Part shown: positions 47,499 to 59,007 of the stretch, in pieces
Position numbering within the stretch: the first letter of the stretch is position 1
Layout of the letters: the number at the start of each line of letters is the position of its first letter
Virus record (IMG/VR): IMGVR_UViG_3300025011_000035
From: an uncultured virus (IMG/VR IMGVR_UViG_3300025011_000035)
Taxonomy: Duplodnaviria; Heunggongvirae; Uroviricota; Caudoviricetes
DNA length: 64,000 nucleotides
Direction: 5' to 3' (one strand)
The notes under the pieces: model-generated
The model's input: only the letters and a program-made list of their open reading frames with translations
Database searches by the model: none
Told to the model about the DNA's origin: nothing
Program-made: the position numbers and the translations under genes

Positions 47499-50400
47499 CT
47501 ACCAAGGCTTAATCACTAAGTCAACTCTACTGATATAGCAAGTCCCTATAGTAGCTTTAACCGCCACATATATGTCCTGCCCTGGAAATATAACGAAGTC
47601 TATAACCGTTCTTTGCTTTATGAACTCTGTCGATTGAGTTGTCATATGTGGTAGAGATTGGTCATAAGGTTCCATGTAGACATATGGTAGACCGTTAGAA
47701 CCAAATATGTCGATCTCGCCCTTTCCACCACTTGAAACTTTCCAAGTTACTTCAAGGGCCATCCAACCCAATTCCGATTCAGCACTCATAGTGTGCAGAA
47801 GAGACGCTGTAGTAAGAGCTGAGAATAACGTCATAGTAGATTGACCCATGGTTAACGCTTTATACTCGTCAGACGCCGTCGATACATATGATTTATGGTC
47901 TGGATAATATAAAGCAGTGTAAACTTCTTTAACCACCGAACCGTCTTCTCCTGGAACTCCATCTGTTCCCTGGAATATTTTCCAAGAGTAATGAATATAG
48001 TTCGAACTCTGAGAAGAACTAAAGTCCGTATAGGTGCCGATGTATTTACCACTTGTATAGTTGAATCCAGTGCCAGAAGTGTCTTCGGCATACGCTATGT
48101 GTAGATACGTCGTCTGACCGTCATCACCTTTAATTAAGCTCCAAGCATAGTCGGATGGAGTCGAACTCTCAGTAATGACCAACTTATTAACCGCAATACC
48201 TACATATCTTTTTCCGGTAGGATTATCACTCATATTAGTACCAGCAGAATCGTCCGCATATTTAATCCAAGTATACCCACTTACTCCAGGTATTCCTTGA
48301 TCGCCGACGACTTTAACCCATGTATATTTTGTATAGTCGTCCGAATCATCTAATATGTTGTCTACGTACGTCCCCATGTATATACCAGAGGCCTCACCAT
48401 TATTGACTGTGAAAGGTGTTCCACTACTACTATCCGAATATTTAATGTGAAAGTACGAAGCTTTAGTGTCGGCATAGGTTTTTGATGCTGATACAATAAG
48501 TTGCCATAGTATCCCACGCTGGGCATAGTAAGTTATAAATTTTGTATCGAATTCGACCCTAGAAACAAGGGAGGTCGATGTGGTACTCAAAATTGGAAGC
48601 GTGTTACCAACCAGAACTGTGACATTTAAATAATCGTTTAAAGCGTTATACGCAGACGTATATGTACCAGCGTTTACGCCATATAGTCCAGCTTGGTTAA
48701 TCAGACTTTGATAATCCAAGACTATGGCGTCCCATATAGGTTTTAAGGTCTTTACTTTTTCGTTCTTAGTTATTTTATTATCGTCCGCCATCTCATCCAA
48801 ATCAAACATGGCTTCCTCGGCCGCTATTTGGGCATTTTCAGCAGCGAGTTGGGCTTTCGCCGCAAGTAGAGAACTACCCATAGCTATACCCTGAGGAACC
48901 CCATCCGTTATTTTTGTAAATATGTCGGCATACGAATCCGTTGTAGTACTACCATGAAGTACCTCCAAAGCACATCCTTGGAATAATCCAGGTATACCGA
49001 TAAATGCGTACGGATATTCACCAATCCCTGTATCTACTCCAGATCCGCCGCATCTCACAACTGCGTCTAACAATGTAGGATTCCATCCAATTGAATCGTT
49101 AGAAGTAAGCACTACGATAACAGTATCATCCCACGAATTCAGATTTGTGGCTAACGCGTTTCTTGTCGTGTCATCCAAAAATGTGTCGTACAATTGAGCA
49201 AAAACGACATCTAAAGTTTCCCGACTAAGAACCGTTAACATTAACCCTCTACCGGATATACTACAGGCTTCGATTTTCTTTTTGTTGAGCTTTAAATAAC
49301 GCTGTCCACTCTTCGCGCCAGTTCCTCTAATAGATAATTCTCCATCTATTGTAAATTCTGGGGTTTTGATGGTGATGGCGTTTTCCAAAGTCAATTTTGT
49401 ACTCATTACCAATGCAAATTTATCAAGCAAAGCCTTTTTATCTATTGTCTTCATTTTTTTAGGATAACTATCTAACGATAAATCGACCCACTTGTTTAAT
49501 TCCACTTGTAATCCTGTTGTACCCGTTAGTGAATCACGATATTTAGTCACCAGTTCAGGCGTAACCGCCATATCCTCAGCAATAGCAATTACATGATCAC
49601 TTTCCACGAGTATGTTATCAAAAGAGGCCTTAAGTGAAACTGATTCTGAATAATCAATAAACCCGTTTTTAGCGAACATTGTTATATCCGTTTGCATGCT
49701 TATTATGGCGATACCTAACTCGAAGGCTTGTTCGTCCGTATAAGTTAATAGGTTGTCAATTTTTATACGGGTCATAACATCATTCAAAGCGGTTTTGGTT
49801 GTTTCAACGCGTTTAAGTTTACTATTTAGGGTTTTACCCTTATATACAGAAATGGTGATAGGATAATTTGGTTGGCCTATCCAATCGTTCATCGCCGATA
49901 ACGCGTCTGTCATGGAACTTTTGAAAGTGCTTTCCGTCGTCGTTAGACTGGTTAAATCAGCACTAGGATCATCGAGTAATAATTTCAATCCATCAGCAAT
50001 CGTAATTATATCGTTCGACTCTGTTTCGACGGCTACGAATAACGTATTTAAAGTAACCGATTCTGGTTGCTGAATCTCTCCATTTTCAATATAGATATTG
50101 GCCTGAGTTTGAAACGCGCTTAACGCGGTATTTAACTCGGCTACTTGGTTCTCCACATATCTCTTTCCGTCATCTTGTCGATTTTTACTGATTGCATCAT
50201 TGAGTAGCGACTTGGTATTTTGGACGTTCTTGAACAGCGTACTAATCGCGACCATATCCCCTGCTAGGACCGGTATCGGATATTTAATCTGGTCAATCCA
50301 CTTGCTTCTCAATTCCGTGTCGAGAGCCGTCAACGCGCTTGAATAAGCCTCTTTTTCTGTGATAATTTCTAGAGTTCCAGCGATACGAATGATATCTTCC

Positions 50401-51641
50401 GACTCAGCTGTAAGTTGCTCCAAATCAAGTTTCAACGCTCTAGCCTCGGTTAATGTAATCCAGCCATCAGATGAGAATTTATCTACATCAGTAATCAATT
50501 CGGACAATTCGGTATCTAACTCCTGAATTTGAAGGTCCAGATAATTTGATGCTTTAATCAGATCCTGTTTTACAACTTGTATAACATCGGCTACGCTTTT
50601 GGCTATATTAGATTTAAAATTTCCTAATTCAATCTTTTCAATTCGATTCGTCAAGCAGTTCTTTACTGTTTTTATGACTTTTGCGTTGAGATTAATGTTC
50701 ATTCTTGAATGTTTTATGGTGACTAGATCTCCGAGTTCGACGGTTTCTAATATCGCATAATTCTTGTATTCCTCGGTCTTAGATAACTCAACCAAGTCTA
50801 TCTTGTAATTGAACGTTGGTATATCGATCTTAGAATCGATCAAAAAGTTGGTTGCTGCGAGTCTCAATTGTGCAATCGCCATCTCTTCAGTAATCAACAG
50901 ACTTTCGTCAACGCCAATGTCGCTAAAATCCAGAGTTTTAATAACTGGATTTGGATAGTTGTCAATATATGGACTGTCGACGTACTTCTCAGGTAGTAGC
51001 AGTTCATTATTACCAATTGGCATCAGGCGCGTACAAAGGCCCTCTGTGGTGAGTGTTTCTTCTATACCTTCTATATTCTTCCCATAAGCGATTAGGACGC
51101 CTCTATCAAGCCCTCTGGCCTCTAAGAGCTTAACTGAGTAGTTATCCATAACGAGTTCTCCACCCCATGTGGCTATAATCCCTTCAGAACCTAGAATTGC
51201 CTCAACCGGATTCATACGAGTAATCGTTTTAGTGTTGACTCCAGCAACATCGCTAGTGGCCTCAAAATTATGAGTATACTGAGTTGCGCCTAAGACTGAA
51301 GTAAGTGCTGATGCGCCGGACGCTTCGGTCAAAGTTAAACTTTCAATTAAATTTCCAAGTAGATCGTAGAAAATATGACGAGCATTAACTTTAACATCAG
51401 TCAACGTCTTTACTTTGCGATAAATCCTAAATAATTGACTATCAGCTTTTATGATGTTATCCTCTAATAGATATTTCCACTTACCTCGCGCATCTAATGG
51501 ATGGGTTAATTCAAGTTCGTACATACCATTTAAACCTTCGGTTAATGGTGCAGAAATAGTTTCAGACAATACAACCAAACCGTTATTATTAAAGTCTGCG
51601 CATTTACTACCATACACGTTAATCATTATTTCCACCGCCAA
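47499..51641 (-). CDS. Tal / prophage tail endopeptidase-type spike with helical repeats, an ILEI-like domain and HIxY(A/S)D repeats
   Basis: EGLNGMYELELTHP...YGKNIEG...TRLMPIG...VELGDLV N-terminus; later domains by motif. Confidence 0.85.
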   Translation of the reverse strand: MAVEIMINVYGSKCADFNNNGLVVLSETISAPLTEGLNGMYELELTHPLDARGKWKYLLEDNIIKADSQLFRIYRKVKTLTDVKVNARHIFYDLLGNLIESLTLTEASGASALTSVLGATQYTHNFEATSDVAGVNTKTITRMNPVEAILGSEGIIATWGGELVMDNYSVKLLEARGLDRGVLIAYGKNIEGIEETLTTEGLCTRLMPIGNNELLLPEKYVDSPYIDNYPNPVIKTLDFSDIGVDESLLITEEMAIAQLRLAATNFLIDSKIDIPTFNYKIDLVELSKTEEYKNYAILETVELGDLVTIKHSRMNINLNAKVIKTVKNCLTNRIEKIELGNFKSNIAKSVADVIQVVKQDLIKASNYLDLQIQELDTELSELITDVDKFSSDGWITLTEARALKLDLEQLTAESEDIIRIAGTLEIITEKEAYSSALTALDTELRSKWIDQIKYPIPVLAGDMVAISTLFKNVQNTKSLLNDAISKNRQDDGKRYVENQVAELNTALSAFQTQANIYIENGEIQQPESVTLNTLFVAVETESNDIITIADGLKLLLDDPSADLTSLTTTESTFKSSMTDALSAMNDWIGQPNYPITISVYKGKTLNSKLKRVETTKTALNDVMTRIKIDNLLTYTDEQAFELGIAIISMQTDITMFAKNGFIDYSESVSLKASFDNILVESDHVIAIAEDMAVTPELVTKYRDSLTGTTGLQVELNKWVDLSLDSYPKKMKTIDKKALLDKFALVMSTKLTLENAITIKTPEFTIDGELSIRGTGAKSGQRYLKLNKKKIEACSISGRGLMLTVLSRETLDVVFAQLYDTFLDDTTRNALATNLNSWDDTVIVVLTSNDSIGWNPTLLDAVVRCGGSGVDTGIGEYPYAFIGIPGLFQGCALEVLHGSTTTDSYADIFTKITDGVPQGIAMGSSLLAAKAQLAAENAQIAAEEAMFDLDEMADDNKITKNEKVKTLKPIWDAIVLDYQSLINQAGLYGVNAGTYTSAYNALNDYLNVTVLVGNTLPILSTTSTSLVSRVEFDTKFITYYAQRGILWQLIVSASKTYADTKASYFHIKYSDSSSGTPFTVNNGEASGIYMGTYVDNILDDSDDYTKYTWVKVVGDQGIPGVSGYTWIKYADDSAGTNMSDNPTGKRYVGIAVNKLVITESSTPSDYAWSLIKGDDGQTTYLHIAYAEDTSGTGFNYTSGKYIGTYTDFSSSQSSNYIHYSWKIFQGTDGVPGEDGSVVKEVYTALYYPDHKSYVSTASDEYKALTMGQSTMTLFSALTTASLLHTMSAESELGWMALEVTWKVSSGGKGEIDIFGSNGLPYVYMEPYDQSLPHMTTQSTEFIKQRTVIDFVIFPGQDIYVAVKATIGTCYISRVDLVIKPW

Positions 51642-52330
51642 TTAGGTATAATTTCAATTTTACTAACTGACCCAATCCAACTAATAGTATTTGTATCGAC
51701 AGTAAGTTTAGGAAAGTCTCCACTCATATCAGAATTTTTAAGAACATTATCCTTAAAACAATCCATTATATCACTGTCAATAGTTACATATTCTGAGACG
51801 TTCGTGAGAGTTATCAAAATGCCATTCACCATAAGATAAATAGTTCCGTCACCGTAAACTTTGATAACGGGATCACTCTCATGCGTCCCACGTCCATAGA
51901 TAGTTCCGTCACCATACATAGTCTCTTGAGGTATGAGAGTGATCTTTGAATTATCAAGCATTTTTGCAAACGGTTGACAATCAAAGACCACTACAAATTT
52001 ATACCATTGACGTATTATACGACTGAATGGTATTTGATTCATTATACTAGCTTGATATTTACGATCTGGTTGGTTTGAGAAAATAACTTCTCCAGATCTG
52101 TCTAACCAAGCTAGAACTCTATCCACCAATGCGATATCTAACAACGTACATTCGCAGGATTTGATCACGCTACCGTAAGTCCCAAAATCCTCGGTTAGGA
52201 AACCATTTCTGCCAGGTATAAATACCTTATTTATATCTCGATTAACCTTAATGATTGGGGGTAACTCGGTTACCAAGATCCCCATATCTTTACTAGAAAT
52301 GTCTTTGTATATAAAATACGGTTCGCCCAT
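51626..52330 (-). CDS. Distal tail protein (Dit)
   Basis: IPGRNGFL...FSNQPDRKY...FDCQPF...GDFPKL...PNWRW; follows TMP. Confidence 0.85.
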   Translation of the reverse strand: MGEPYFIYKDISSKDMGILVTELPPIIKVNRDINKVFIPGRNGFLTEDFGTYGSVIKSCECTLLDIALVDRVLAWLDRSGEVIFSNQPDRKYQASIMNQIPFSRIIRQWYKFVVVFDCQPFAKMLDNSKITLIPQETMYGDGTIYGRGTHESDPVIKVYGDGTIYLMVNGILITLTNVSEYVTIDSDIMDCFKDNVLKNSDMSGDFPKLTVDTNTISWIGSVSKIEIIPNWRWK

Positions 52331-55300
52331 TAGTTACCACCCCTTCCCATTATTATTTGTTGTCTGTAGAATTCTAACTCCTCAGCGAGGGCTTGAACGT
52401 CCTGTGTTCGGTTATTTATAAAATTAGTTACGGTTACGGCTAGACCGCCACCTTGATTTGAACTGGGTGTGCCATTTGGTGTCTGTTTAGCGATGGTGGA
52501 ACTTAGACCAACCCTTCGATTCGCGTCCATACTGGAAATAGACGCGGTCTTACTTCTAATATCATCCACATTGATGGCTTGTGATCTGTTAAAGACTGAG
52601 TTTAGACCTTTATTGATATTTGTAAGGTCTATTACCGGACGAATTGTTGGCGTAATATCCATATTTCTACTAACGATGTCGACAATATTAGATACAGCGC
52701 TTCTTAAAGATTCCTTTGCGGTTACGGCAACATTTGAAACTTCGTTAACGACAACTCCAGTGAATTGTCTTAATCCACCAGCGAAACCTTCCATAGCGTA
52801 TCGTCCGACTTTAGCGAATTCTTTTGATGGAGATTGTATACCGAGTGTATCATTGGCCGCATTTAATGCTTGTTTAGCTGCATCTGCGGTGGCCTTAGCC
52901 AATAATACAGCCTGACGTTTAACTCCTTGTGTTATACCGTCTATAATGTTTACACCAACGCTTACCCAATCGGGTTGTTTAAATATGTTTTGCGTATCAG
53001 TAACGATCTTTTTGAAGTCGTTGTTGGTTTGGGTATTCAAATCTTTGACTTTTGTCTCCCATTTTGAATTGAACTCGGTTAGTTGTGTTTCGGTATTAGT
53101 CGTTATGGCGGCAAGTTGAGTCTGGTATACGTCTTTAAGCTCAACCAATTGAGTATCGGTTTGAGTATTCAACTGTGTGATTTTCTTGTCGGACTGTTCT
53201 CTCATATCACCAAGTTCTCTTACGGCTTCACCTTTTGATTGCTTATGCTTGTCTTTCCATAAAGCCACGTACTTATCCAATTCAGGTTTTAGTAACGAGT
53301 TTAGGGCTTTGACTTTTTCAAGCGCGGTTGGACCCATCTCCTCGAGTTCTTTAATTAAGCCGTCACTAATACCCTTCTTGGATAATGACTTTATGTTTTT
53401 CTGCCATTCGTCAAAAGCCGCGACTTGCGTTTCTAAGTTTGTAACTAGTTCTTCGCCAGTTACAGCTTCTGATTCGCTAAGTTCGTCGAATAGTCCGTAC
53501 GTCTTATACAAGGAATCGGCACGAGATTTAACGGCCTGTCTATACTCATCATTTACAGAGCGTGTGTCTTGTTTTAGCTTTTCATTAATACCTTTCGTTT
53601 TAGCGTAGTAATCATCTTCCAATGTTTTTTGCTTTTCGAGTATTTCCTTTTTAAGACGATATACCTCTCGATCGACTTTCTCTCGTTCCTCTGTTCCAGC
53701 AGCATATTTACTTTGTATGTTTTGCCAAGCAGAGAGTTCTTCCATCAAACTAAGTTGATTGTAATATTTCCGATCGTCAATTAACTTGATCGATTTGTCA
53801 AATTCTTCTTTACTTATTTGTTGTCTCGTCTTGGATGCTTCGCGATTAGTTTTATCACTCTTAGTGATCTCTTTGTTACTCGCATCCGAAACTTTCGTAG
53901 CCATAGTCTTTGATTCTTCGACCGCTTTTGGCGTGTCTTGTTTTATTCCGTTTTTTAAACCAGCAACAATGTTCGCTCCATAATCTTGGAACACTTTACT
54001 TGGTGAGGCGATACCTAAGGCGTTTGCCGCCGATTCGTTTACCGCCTTTCCTAAATCACCAGCCGTCCTACTGGCTTCCGATTGGGTGCTCTTTAATCCG
54101 TCAATTAATTGTTCACCAGAACGTAGTCCCATCTCAGTAAATACTTTTGACGGAGACTTTATACCTAAGAATCTTTCAGCGCTGTCTACGGCTTCGCCAA
54201 CTATTCCGGTTATAGCTTTAGATAGTGATCCAGCCATATTAACAACGCCTTTGACTAGACCTTTAACAATGTTACCGCCAACGTCTATGATTTTAGGAAG
54301 TAAATCAATAACCGCGTCAACAATGGCAGTTATAAGATTACCGACCGCATCATATAATTGTTGATGGTTATTTCTAATGGCGTCGGCTAATCCGTTGATA
54401 AATGCAATAATGACTTTGAATGCTGCGTCTACGATGGCTGGGAGTTTGGACACTACTCCTGCAATGAACTGTAAGATTACGTCAATACCGGCCTCTACTA
54501 CGTCCCTAATGCGTTCAGTTACGCCCTTAAGGATTCCCAATATCAGTTTCATTCCAGAATCAATCATTTTTGGAACTGCTGCTACGAGTGTATCTAGTAT
54601 TGATAATGTAAGAGTTGCAATTGTGGTTATGATTTGTGGGCCAACTTCCACAATTATTTGATGCATAGCCATCATTACGTCTTGCATAGCTTTTGCTATT
54701 GTAGGTGCGCCTTCACCAATAATCCTAGCAAAATCGATAATGCCTTTGGCTAGCGTTTGAAATATGAATGGTATTAGACCAACGATGCTGCTAACCACTG
54801 CGACTAATGCGACGGCTCCGGCGGTGCCAGATACGGCTAAGGCCGCGAGTCCAGCTGAGAAAGCTAATAATCCAACACCTACCGCCAAACAGCCAACCCC
54901 TAATATTGCTATGGCTCCGGCCAGTGATAATATTGCGGGAGTTAGTGGTGCTAAAAGTAAACCGGCTAATCCGATAACTCCAAATGCGCCAGCCAAAGCA
55001 AGTAGACTTGTTCCGATCGCGGGCAATGACATGGAACCAAGAGTCTGTAATACTTGCGCTAAAATTAGAAGCGCCCCAACAAGGATAAACAAGGCCGTTG
55101 CATCAAGTATTTTATTTTTCATTAGAGCAAAAGTAGCTATGATGATTCCTAGAGATCCGGCCATAGCTAATAAACCTTTTAATATTTCTTCCCATGACAT
55201 TTTACCAAGCGTGGATAAAGCTTTCGCTAATATGGTTATCGTTGTGGCAATATCGAGCATGGCTAATGATTGGAATAATATATTCTTCGGTAACGCTTTA

Positions 55301-58110
55301 AATGTTAAAACTATGATCCCTAAAGCCCCAGCTAACGTTGTTAACCCTCTTGCGATTTCGTCCCATGACAGTTTTCCCATATTGCCAATCGCTTTTGCGA
55401 ATATAATCATAGCTGCGCCAAGAATGGTTAACGATAACGCTGTGGAAATTACATTTTTAACGTTACCCGTGAGATTTACAAATATGCCAACTTCGGCCAA
55501 CACAACGCCGACACCAAGCAGTCCTTTGATCAGAGCTACAGTATCTATTTCGCTGAACTTTTTGACGGCAACACCTAACACGTTTATAGCTATAGCCAGA
55601 ACCACAATACCAACACTTTTGATCACGCCCATGCCACTTAGATCCGCGACTTTCATAAATAACGCTAGTTCAGCCATCAATACACCAACGCCGATTAGAC
55701 CATTGGTTAACCCAGCTTTATCGACAGTGCTTAAACTCTTTACCGATGAAACAAGAACTCGTATTGCTGTGCCGAAAATGATAAAGCCAATTGATGCTCT
55801 TATTAGACTTCCAGATATACCACTTAGAACTTTTGATGACACTAACAATATACCGGTTAAAGCCGCAACAGCAGTGAGGCCTTGTTGCATGCCTTCTTTG
55901 TCTATTTTGGATAAGACGGTCATTGCGTGAGCGAGAATAAGAATTGCTACAGATAAACCAAGCATCGCGGTCGTAATTCTAGCCATTACCATGAACCCTA
56001 AACCGCCAGAGACCTTCTCGAATAAAGCCATTGCTCCAAAAAGTTGTAGAAACATCGTGGTCATAGCAGCTAGTGAGGATGCAAGTTTATTAGAATCGAT
56101 CGAGGCTATAGCTACAAGTGCCACCGCTAATATACCAATGGCAATGGCTATTTTCAATAGGATCGCGGCTTTTAATGACGATTGATATGCTTCGAGACTA
56201 CCTCTAACATCACCGAGAATTCCGGTGATGTTTCCGAGGAAATCTCCTGTGTCATCAGCTATCGATGTTATCGATTTCACGAATCTACGTAATCCCAGTA
56301 AGATGGCTGCGAATACACCACCGTTTATCATATTGGCTATCGAATTGAAGTCTGAGTTATCAATGGCGCTGGCGATACCACTACCTAGTTTCGAGAACGC
56401 CCCGCCGATAATGTCTGCTATTTTATAGAATGTTGGAGCTACAGCTTTTAGTCCGGCCAATATACCAGCGAATACAGCATCTACCATTTCCCCAAGCTTT
56501 TCAAATGGTTTAAATTTGGTAGTAACATGATCGGAGAAAGAATCAAGACCGGTTGTGTCAACATCACCAAGCGATGTAAATGCCTTAGTTATAGTATTTA
56601 TCGCGGATTTAATTCCGTCAGCAATAGGTTTAATAAGATCTCCTATTTTTTGAATAACCACATTAAACGAATCCGAAGATTTTATTGCCTTATCAATCGA
56701 CGTTAGAAACTCTCCGATACTACCTGTCACGGCAAGAAAGCCGCCACCTACCGGAATCAAATACTGAATAACTGAACTAAGGCCGCCAGCGATCGCGAAC
56801 AACGCCTGCTTACCAATATCGAGTATAGCAAACAAACCCTTAAAAGTACTCTTTATGTTAGCGGCTGTTTCTTCTCCTATTTTGAAGTTCCTCGACAAAT
56901 CTCTTATTGATTCGGAAATCTTAACGAGTCTTTCACCAGTCATCGGCGGAAAAATGTCACTGAAGGCTTGACCTATTGGATCTAAAACCTCTTTAATTCC
57001 TTTGAAGGAGTTGAATAGCGCCTCTATGATAGCGTATCGTCCGTCGTTAGCCTTCCAGAAAATAAGCATCTCGTTTCTAGCCTCGGCAGATGCTCCAGCG
57101 ATAGCTCCAAACCCGTCATTGATCGCCGTAAAGAAACCAGCAGCTTCTTCTCTGTCACCTATGACGTGCTCCCATGTTTGAGCCCATCCAGATTGTACGG
57201 ACTCTTTCATTGTGCTAAGTAGTTGAGTTAAAGTTTTAACTTGTGTGGCCGCTTTAATTAAAGACTCGTCCGCAGCAAACTTAGCAAGTGTCTTGGTTAA
57301 TACTTCGGTCGTCATCCAACCAGATTCCAACGACTCTCTGAATGATATAGCCATGTTTCGACCATGACCAAGTTCCTTTGCGGTCTTCTCCAAAGCTTTC
57401 TGGAAAAGTTCTCCGCCCATACCAGCATTAACTACAGAGTTCCAGTCCATAAGTTTAACTGCGCCGGACGCTATAGCCTGGGAGAGCTGATACATAGCTG
57501 TGGATGCTTGTAATGCGCTTGATCCGGAACCAGCAGCAAGGTTAGCTATGCCTTTGATCGAGGTCGTTGATGTTTTAAGGTCGACGCCAGCAGCTGTAAA
57601 TGTTCCTATATTTCTTGTCATTTCAGCAAAATTGTAAATGGTTTTATCGGCATATATATTCAACTCGTTGAGTGCTTTGTTTACGTCATCAAGGGTTGTG
57701 CCTTTACTTGCGGTGTTAGTTAAGACCGTTGTGATGGCGTTCATTTTAGTTTCGTATTCTTCTAAACCAGTCTTTATCGGGTTGATAGTAAGTGACGCTA
57801 ATAATTGTTTACCACTATAGATGGCTGAATTAGTAATGTTTTGGAGAGCAGTAACCCCGACAATGCCCAGCGTCGAGAACCTATTGGATAAATTATTAAC
57901 GCCTTCAGCTATACCAGCTAGAGAAAACGATTTTCCAGCTCTATCTAAATTCGATAAACTTCTAGTTGCGCCATCTAGATTTAGACCGGCCTTCAAGTTA
58001 TTAAGCGATGCCACACTCGAACGAATCCCATTTTCAAACTGTTGATTATAGAGTCGTAATTCAACAACTCGTTCATCGACACTATGCATTATCCAATTAC
58101 CTCCTCCCAC
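52330..58110 (-). CDS. Tape measure protein (element B)
   Basis: ELNIYADKTIYNF...YQLSQAIASG tape-measure domain, long hydrophobic repeats, three GIxSPSKxF motifs; start probably at MHSVDERV. Confidence 0.92.
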   Translation of the reverse strand: MGGGNWIMHSVDERVVELRLYNQQFENGIRSSVASLNNLKAGLNLDGATRSLSNLDRAGKSFSLAGIAEGVNNLSNRFSTLGIVGVTALQNITNSAIYSGKQLLASLTINPIKTGLEEYETKMNAITTVLTNTASKGTTLDDVNKALNELNIYADKTIYNFAEMTRNIGTFTAAGVDLKTSTTSIKGIANLAAGSGSSALQASTAMYQLSQAIASGAVKLMDWNSVVNAGMGGELFQKALEKTAKELGHGRNMAISFRESLESGWMTTEVLTKTLAKFAADESLIKAATQVKTLTQLLSTMKESVQSGWAQTWEHVIGDREEAAGFFTAINDGFGAIAGASAEARNEMLIFWKANDGRYAIIEALFNSFKGIKEVLDPIGQAFSDIFPPMTGERLVKISESIRDLSRNFKIGEETAANIKSTFKGLFAILDIGKQALFAIAGGLSSVIQYLIPVGGGFLAVTGSIGEFLTSIDKAIKSSDSFNVVIQKIGDLIKPIADGIKSAINTITKAFTSLGDVDTTGLDSFSDHVTTKFKPFEKLGEMVDAVFAGILAGLKAVAPTFYKIADIIGGAFSKLGSGIASAIDNSDFNSIANMINGGVFAAILLGLRRFVKSITSIADDTGDFLGNITGILGDVRGSLEAYQSSLKAAILLKIAIAIGILAVALVAIASIDSNKLASSLAAMTTMFLQLFGAMALFEKVSGGLGFMVMARITTAMLGLSVAILILAHAMTVLSKIDKEGMQQGLTAVAALTGILLVSSKVLSGISGSLIRASIGFIIFGTAIRVLVSSVKSLSTVDKAGLTNGLIGVGVLMAELALFMKVADLSGMGVIKSVGIVVLAIAINVLGVAVKKFSEIDTVALIKGLLGVGVVLAEVGIFVNLTGNVKNVISTALSLTILGAAMIIFAKAIGNMGKLSWDEIARGLTTLAGALGIIVLTFKALPKNILFQSLAMLDIATTITILAKALSTLGKMSWEEILKGLLAMAGSLGIIIATFALMKNKILDATALFILVGALLILAQVLQTLGSMSLPAIGTSLLALAGAFGVIGLAGLLLAPLTPAILSLAGAIAILGVGCLAVGVGLLAFSAGLAALAVSGTAGAVALVAVVSSIVGLIPFIFQTLAKGIIDFARIIGEGAPTIAKAMQDVMMAMHQIIVEVGPQIITTIATLTLSILDTLVAAVPKMIDSGMKLILGILKGVTERIRDVVEAGIDVILQFIAGVVSKLPAIVDAAFKVIIAFINGLADAIRNNHQQLYDAVGNLITAIVDAVIDLLPKIIDVGGNIVKGLVKGVVNMAGSLSKAITGIVGEAVDSAERFLGIKSPSKVFTEMGLRSGEQLIDGLKSTQSEASRTAGDLGKAVNESAANALGIASPSKVFQDYGANIVAGLKNGIKQDTPKAVEESKTMATKVSDASNKEITKSDKTNREASKTRQQISKEEFDKSIKLIDDRKYYNQLSLMEELSAWQNIQSKYAAGTEEREKVDREVYRLKKEILEKQKTLEDDYYAKTKGINEKLKQDTRSVNDEYRQAVKSRADSLYKTYGLFDELSESEAVTGEELVTNLETQVAAFDEWQKNIKSLSKKGISDGLIKELEEMGPTALEKVKALNSLLKPELDKYVALWKDKHKQSKGEAVRELGDMREQSDKKITQLNTQTDTQLVELKDVYQTQLAAITTNTETQLTEFNSKWETKVKDLNTQTNNDFKKIVTDTQNIFKQPDWVSVGVNIIDGITQGVKRQAVLLAKATADAAKQALNAANDTLGIQSPSKEFAKVGRYAMEGFAGGLRQFTGVVVNEVSNVAVTAKESLRSAVSNIVDIVSRNMDITPTIRPVIDLTNINKGLNSVFNRSQAINVDDIRSKTASISSMDANRRVGLSSTIAKQTPNGTPSSNQGGGLAVTVTNFINNRTQDVQALAEELEFYRQQIIMGRGGN

Positions 58111-58463
58111 ATCGTGTTTGCCATTTTATCAAATATATGCCGTAATGCTGGGTTTATATAATCCCTACCTTGGACATAACCGCCATTTCGTGTTGCGTGA
58201 CCGTATTGAATTATGATCGCTATCGGTACACCGTTAACTACGTTTGAATTAGTCCACATGATTGATAAAGAAGTTCCTTCTCGATGAACTTCATATTTCC
58301 ACGAAAGTGCCGTTAGTCCAGAATCTAACGGTGTATTTAAAGCAAGGGCTCGCACGCCTTCTTGCCCGTATCTTTCTAAAATTGCCGCGTAGTTAATTTT
58401 TGGAGCTCGCGTAAGCATCCGTTCTAATCGTCTGAAACTTCCACGATGATGTATTTTTATCAT
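58089..58463 (-). CDS. HK97 gp10-like neck protein
   Basis: TPLDSGLTALSW...IQYGHATRNGGYVQGRDYINPA. Confidence 0.75.
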   Translation of the reverse strand: MIKIHHRGSFRRLERMLTRAPKINYAAILERYGQEGVRALALNTPLDSGLTALSWKYEVHREGTSLSIMWTNSNVVNGVPIAIIIQYGHATRNGGYVQGRDYINPALRHIFDKMANTMWEEVIG

Positions 58464-58984
58464 CCCTTTGTACCTAGCGATTCTCTACGGGACGCGTTTA
58501 ACGCCGCGTTTCGACTCATGAGTTCCTTCTTACTACGCTTCTTTGGAGATTGGTTCTTAACACCACATACGTTTATGAGTGTTAATAATCTATTAAGATG
58601 CCATTTTTGGCACTCAAAAGGGATATTCATCGATATCATCCAATAATAAATTATCTCAGCAGTTATGATTTCTCGGTTGGTTGTTTTATTTTCGTTGTGG
58701 AAAGTTGTAGCCGTCATTGCGGCTTCTATGTAATCTCTTACTTGTTTAATGTTGTCGTTGGATATGAGATTAAAGATATCATGATCGACATTTTTAGTTA
58801 TTGTCATACATCTTATGTAATCAATAGTTTCCTCTTTTGATAAAAACGGTTTAAGCCACTTTGACTCCCATTTTGAAATGGAGACCAGCGAATGCTCCAG
58901 GCATAATGTTTGTTCTTTAGATGTGAAGAACTTATCGTTTACTTCGTCGTATTGTTCAGTAGCCAATATTGTAATGTTGAGCAT
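58460..58984 (-). CDS. Tail assembly-associated protein
   Basis: LEHSLVSISKWESKW...WHLNRLLTLI; position after the chaperone. Confidence 0.55.
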   Translation of the reverse strand: MLNITILATEQYDEVNDKFFTSKEQTLCLEHSLVSISKWESKWLKPFLSKEETIDYIRCMTITKNVDHDIFNLISNDNIKQVRDYIEAAMTATTFHNENKTTNREIITAEIIYYWMISMNIPFECQKWHLNRLLTLINVCGVKNQSPKKRSKKELMSRNAALNASRRESLGTKG

Positions 58985-59007
58985 ACGTCTGGCCTCCCCT
59001 ATTAACT

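Noticed and set aside
52469..58045. Long plus-strand ORFs, such as 54764..55930 (388 aa)
   Set aside because: Antisense shadows of the Ala/Ile/Leu/Gly-rich TMP codons, with no recognisable motifs. The same applies to the other short opposite-strand ORFs overlapping structural genes.
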